Below are positions 60,745 through 64,000 of a DNA stretch of 64,000 nucleotides, piece by piece (within the stretch, counting starts at the first letter, position 1; the number at the start of each line of letters is the position of its first letter). The translations under genes were made by a program, and so were the position numbers. Location: the NCBI GenBank assembly GCA_030704615.1, contig CM060731.1, forward strand, positions 92,008,001 through 92,072,000. The letters are read 5' to 3'. The notes below the pieces were generated by a model. The model was not told the origin of the DNA. It did no database searches and saw only the letters and a program-made list of their open reading frames with translations. The DNA comes from Takakia lepidozioides. Its lineage: Eukaryota > Plantae > Bryophyta.

Positions 60745-63659
60745 TCCCTGAACTTGTTTCCAGTCTTCAACATGGACCTTAAGGATGATCCGAGGCTTAC
60801 CCACCCTTGGTACTAGACTGAAATTTAAACTCAGGGCGGGGAGCATACCTTTGAACCTAAACAGATGCAGAGAGGAAAAGGAGATTAAAATTGCCCGATG
60901 TGGCAACCTGAAGACAGCCATTTTCTAATACATTGTCCCGGGTATTCTCACCAGAGAGTGACCCTCTTCAGGACATCAAGAACATGGTTCCTGCAGCTCT
61001 GTTCACCAACTTTCAAAATCTCTAGGATGAGCCTGAAGCCCTGGCACTGTTGCGGTGTAACTGTTGGGCTGCTTACACACACCAGATTGATGTTTGTGTG
61101 AAGGTTTTCTAGCGGATATCTGGAAAGCCCGAACTGATTGGTTATGTCAAGGTAAGTCACACTACTGGAGTGAGCCCCTCACAAAGGTAGTGTCTATTCC
61201 CTATGTTTATGTCCAAACTGGGCGCAGGGTCTATGGCCACAAGGCTATGGCAGACAAATTCTTATTAGTACATTTTTTCTCTCTCTGTGTTCCACCCAAA
61301 CTGGGCACTGGGTCTATGGCCACAGAGACACTGCAAACAATGTCTTACGAGGACATTCTCTCTCTCTCTCTCCTTGCCAAAGGTCAGGTGGTGCTATTGG
61401 GTGACTTCAATGCCCGGGTGGGCAAAGGGCTCCATCAGGACGATGTCATTGGGCCTTTTGGTGAGGACGAGCTGAATTCTAATGGCAGACGGTTAATTAA
61501 CTGTCTGGAAGAGCTTCAGCTTTTGCAGGACAAGAGGTGACCAAGTGCAGTGGACTCGTGAGAAATCACAAACTGGGGAACGTTCCATTGTGGACTATAT
61601 CATGATGGACAAAAATTTGTTCCCCCAGTGTGCCAATGTGTTGATCGACAGAACTGATATTGGTACCTCTGACCACTTCCTGGTTTGGACTGAGATCAAA
61701 AGGTGTTTTCCCAACACCAAGAGATCTGTGAAACGTTCGATTCGGAAGTGGTGCATAGAAAAATTCCATAATGAGGAGGTCAAGGCTGAGTACGTCCAGG
61801 CCTTGCAAGAGGCTCTCCCTCATTTTGTCCAATCGCTCCAAGAACTTCAGTCTCGCTCTGACAACGCAAGAAATGAAGTCGAAAGAGCAGTGGACTCTTG
61901 GGAGAGTTTCGTTTCCTCCGTGGCTGACAAGATCATTGGGAGGAAACTAGAGCTGTTAATTGGTGGACCAATGAGATTAAACTCCAAGATAGCTGAGAGA
62001 CGAGCCCTCTATAAAGAGTGCTGCAATTTGAAAACCAACAGAGAATTGTGGGCGAGGTACTACCAGCTCCGTAAAGATATCAATCAGCTTGTTAGGTCTC
62101 AGAAGAAATTATACTGGGACAAGTTATACAGTGAAATAAACTCAAACCACCATGGTGGTAATGACAAGAAATTCTGGTTGGCCCTTCAACGTTTGTACAA
62201 GCCGAAAAACGGTCAGCAAGTACAAGCGCAGAAGACTACGAAAGGTGCAGTGGTGACTTCATCGGTTGACATTGTCAAAACCTTTGAAACTCACTATAGT
62301 ATCCTTGGCAGAACTTCTAGGTCTAACAGTGAGGGGTCTTCTGTTGAATGGAGGGACACAGTTGGAAAAACTGTTCCTATGATTCAAAACAGCCCTGATG
62401 AACTGGAGTATATTTCAATGGCTTATAACGCAGTGGTAGCATTCAACGACAGAGGAGAGGGAGGAAGTGATCTTAAGTGGCAGTGGGGTAGCCAAGAGAT
62501 GCCGGTCCTCCCTTCCTACACTTACTTGGGCGTTGAGATTTCCTCCAATTGTAATTGGGATGCACATATCCGGAAAGTTGTTCAACTGGCAAGGGCAAAG
62601 CTCTGGGGCTCACTAATTTTTTCCACTGCAGAGGGGTCAACTCTGAGGTTAAGAAAACCATGCTTTGTCGCGTTATTAGACCTGCCTTGGAGTACGGATC
62701 TGCAATATGGGTTGATAACTCCAACCAGGCTAAGTCTCTAGAATCCATTCAAGTGGGGGTGCTTAAGGAGTGTATGTCAGCATGCTCCAAAACAGCCAAT
62801 GTGGCTGTTTGGGGTGAGTTTGGCATTCCGTCCTTAAGCTCCCGACAAGATGAATTCAAGGTCAGATGGTGGGGTCAGCTGCAACATATGTCGAACACCA
62901 GATATCCTAAGTTAATCGACTCTATATCTTGGAAACAGGACTGCCCTGTCAAACAGGCTAAGTCCTGGCAGAAGAGAGTAGAAGAGATTCTCAAGGACCT
63001 GGACCTGGATCTGCAAGTCTTGACCCTGCTGGATAAATCTGACTTAGAGGCTGTAGTGTCCAAAGCCATGTCTGTTGCCATGAGATTGTCTGATGAAAAT
63101 GAAGTTAGGCAGAAAACTTCCCTGAACTTGTTTCCAGTCAGTGACATGGGGGAGGACATCTTGGATGACCTCAAGGGTCTACCCACTCTCGGCACTAGAC
63201 TGAAATTTAAACTCAGGGCAGGAAGCCTACCTTTGAACAGCAAACAGAAGCAGAGAGGAAAGGGAGAGTGCAATTGCCCGTTGTGTGGGCAACCTGAAGA
63301 CAGTATTCATTTTCTGATACACTGTCCGGGGTTCTCTCACCAAAGAGACGCTCTCTTCAAATCTATCAAGGGAATTGTGCCTGTACCCCTGTTTACCAAC
63401 TTTGAAAGTCTAGAGGCTGAGCCAAAAGCCCAGGCCCTCCTGAGGCCTAGTTTTTGGGCAAATCACACACAGCAGATTGATGCTTGTGTGAAGGGATTTC
63501 TAGAGGATATTTGGAAAACCCGGATTAATTCTATATATGAAGGTAAGTCTTACTACCAACGTCAGCCCCTGACAGAGGTAGGTTCTGTCCCTTTTGTTCC
63601 CGCTCAAACTGGGCGCGGGGTCAATGGCCACAAGGCTACGGCAAACAACGTCTTATGAG

Positions 63660-63709
<50 letters not shown>

Positions 63710-64000
63710 ATGGTCAGAAGGCGACGGCAAACGAAGTCTTATGAGTACATTTCTCTCTCGATAATATATGACGTCTTATGAGTACATTCTCTCTTGATAG
63801 TCCAAAGGGCTATAAAATCTGGTGGGTGTGATGGTATTGCGAATGACCTTTTTAAGCATGGTGGCGATCCTATGGTAGAGGCCCTTGCCCTCCTCTTTAA
63901 CCTTATTTGGAAGACTGAAATGATATCCTTTTGCTGGAGAGGGGATGTCATTGTCATTGTCAGAGAAGAGCCTGGGAACTACCGTGGCATTACACTTCTT
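60745..64000 (+). mobile_element. Head-to-tail stack of at least six copies of one LINE family (RTE-X-like) in the ELMOD intron
   Basis: 3' ends of the type GTCTTATGAGTACA+(TC)n at ~61270, ~61355, 63651-63707, 63736-63759 and 63773-63794. A further copy starts at 63795 with the RT N-terminus (GCDGIANDLFK...LFNLIW...GNYRGITLL). Confidence 0.88.
61372..63665 (+). pseudogene. LINE ORF remnant: APE endonuclease C-half, RT core deleted, thumb and C-terminal CCHC
   Basis: LLGDFNARVG, NSNG, IVDYI and SDH (APE); YTYLGV and IRPALEYGSAIW (thumb); CPLC...EDSIHFLIHC. No NYRGI, QG or YADD segment lies between ~62410 and ~62430. Confidence 0.88.

Overview
Nuclear DNA of an intron-containing land plant, most plausibly a seed-free lineage (inferred from gene content, PLS-DYW PPR material and repeat types). 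Host genes: an intact 6-exon five-knuckle CCHC protein (-, 2844-5273), an intact 5-exon PhoD-type metallophosphatase (-, 8646-11854), RPL17/uL22 (-, 30547-32694) head-to-head with a frameshifted RH18/DDX55-type DEAD-box helicase (+, 33269-38646), a plant 'MSRCFP...ALPYVVPY' family gene (-, 54284-56652) and the first two coding exons of an ELMO-domain gene (+, from 59574). The rest is transposon-rich. Strongest observation: a 5.06-kb element (19948-25011) with perfect 16-bp TIRs and an exact 8-bp target duplication splits a transposon-borne Ulp1 protease gene, and its cargo is a scrambled mosaic of PPR-E-DYW RNA-editing-factor fragments. Also notable: the surrounding ~13-kb Ulp1/F-box-like element is saturated with one hexamer (AGTCTG/CAGACT), reminiscent of VANDAL anti-silencing target arrays; a TTAA-flanked piggyBac-like element; and two head-to-tail stacks of a LINE that appears to insert into its own (TC)n tail. 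All calls are by eye; no database searches were run.
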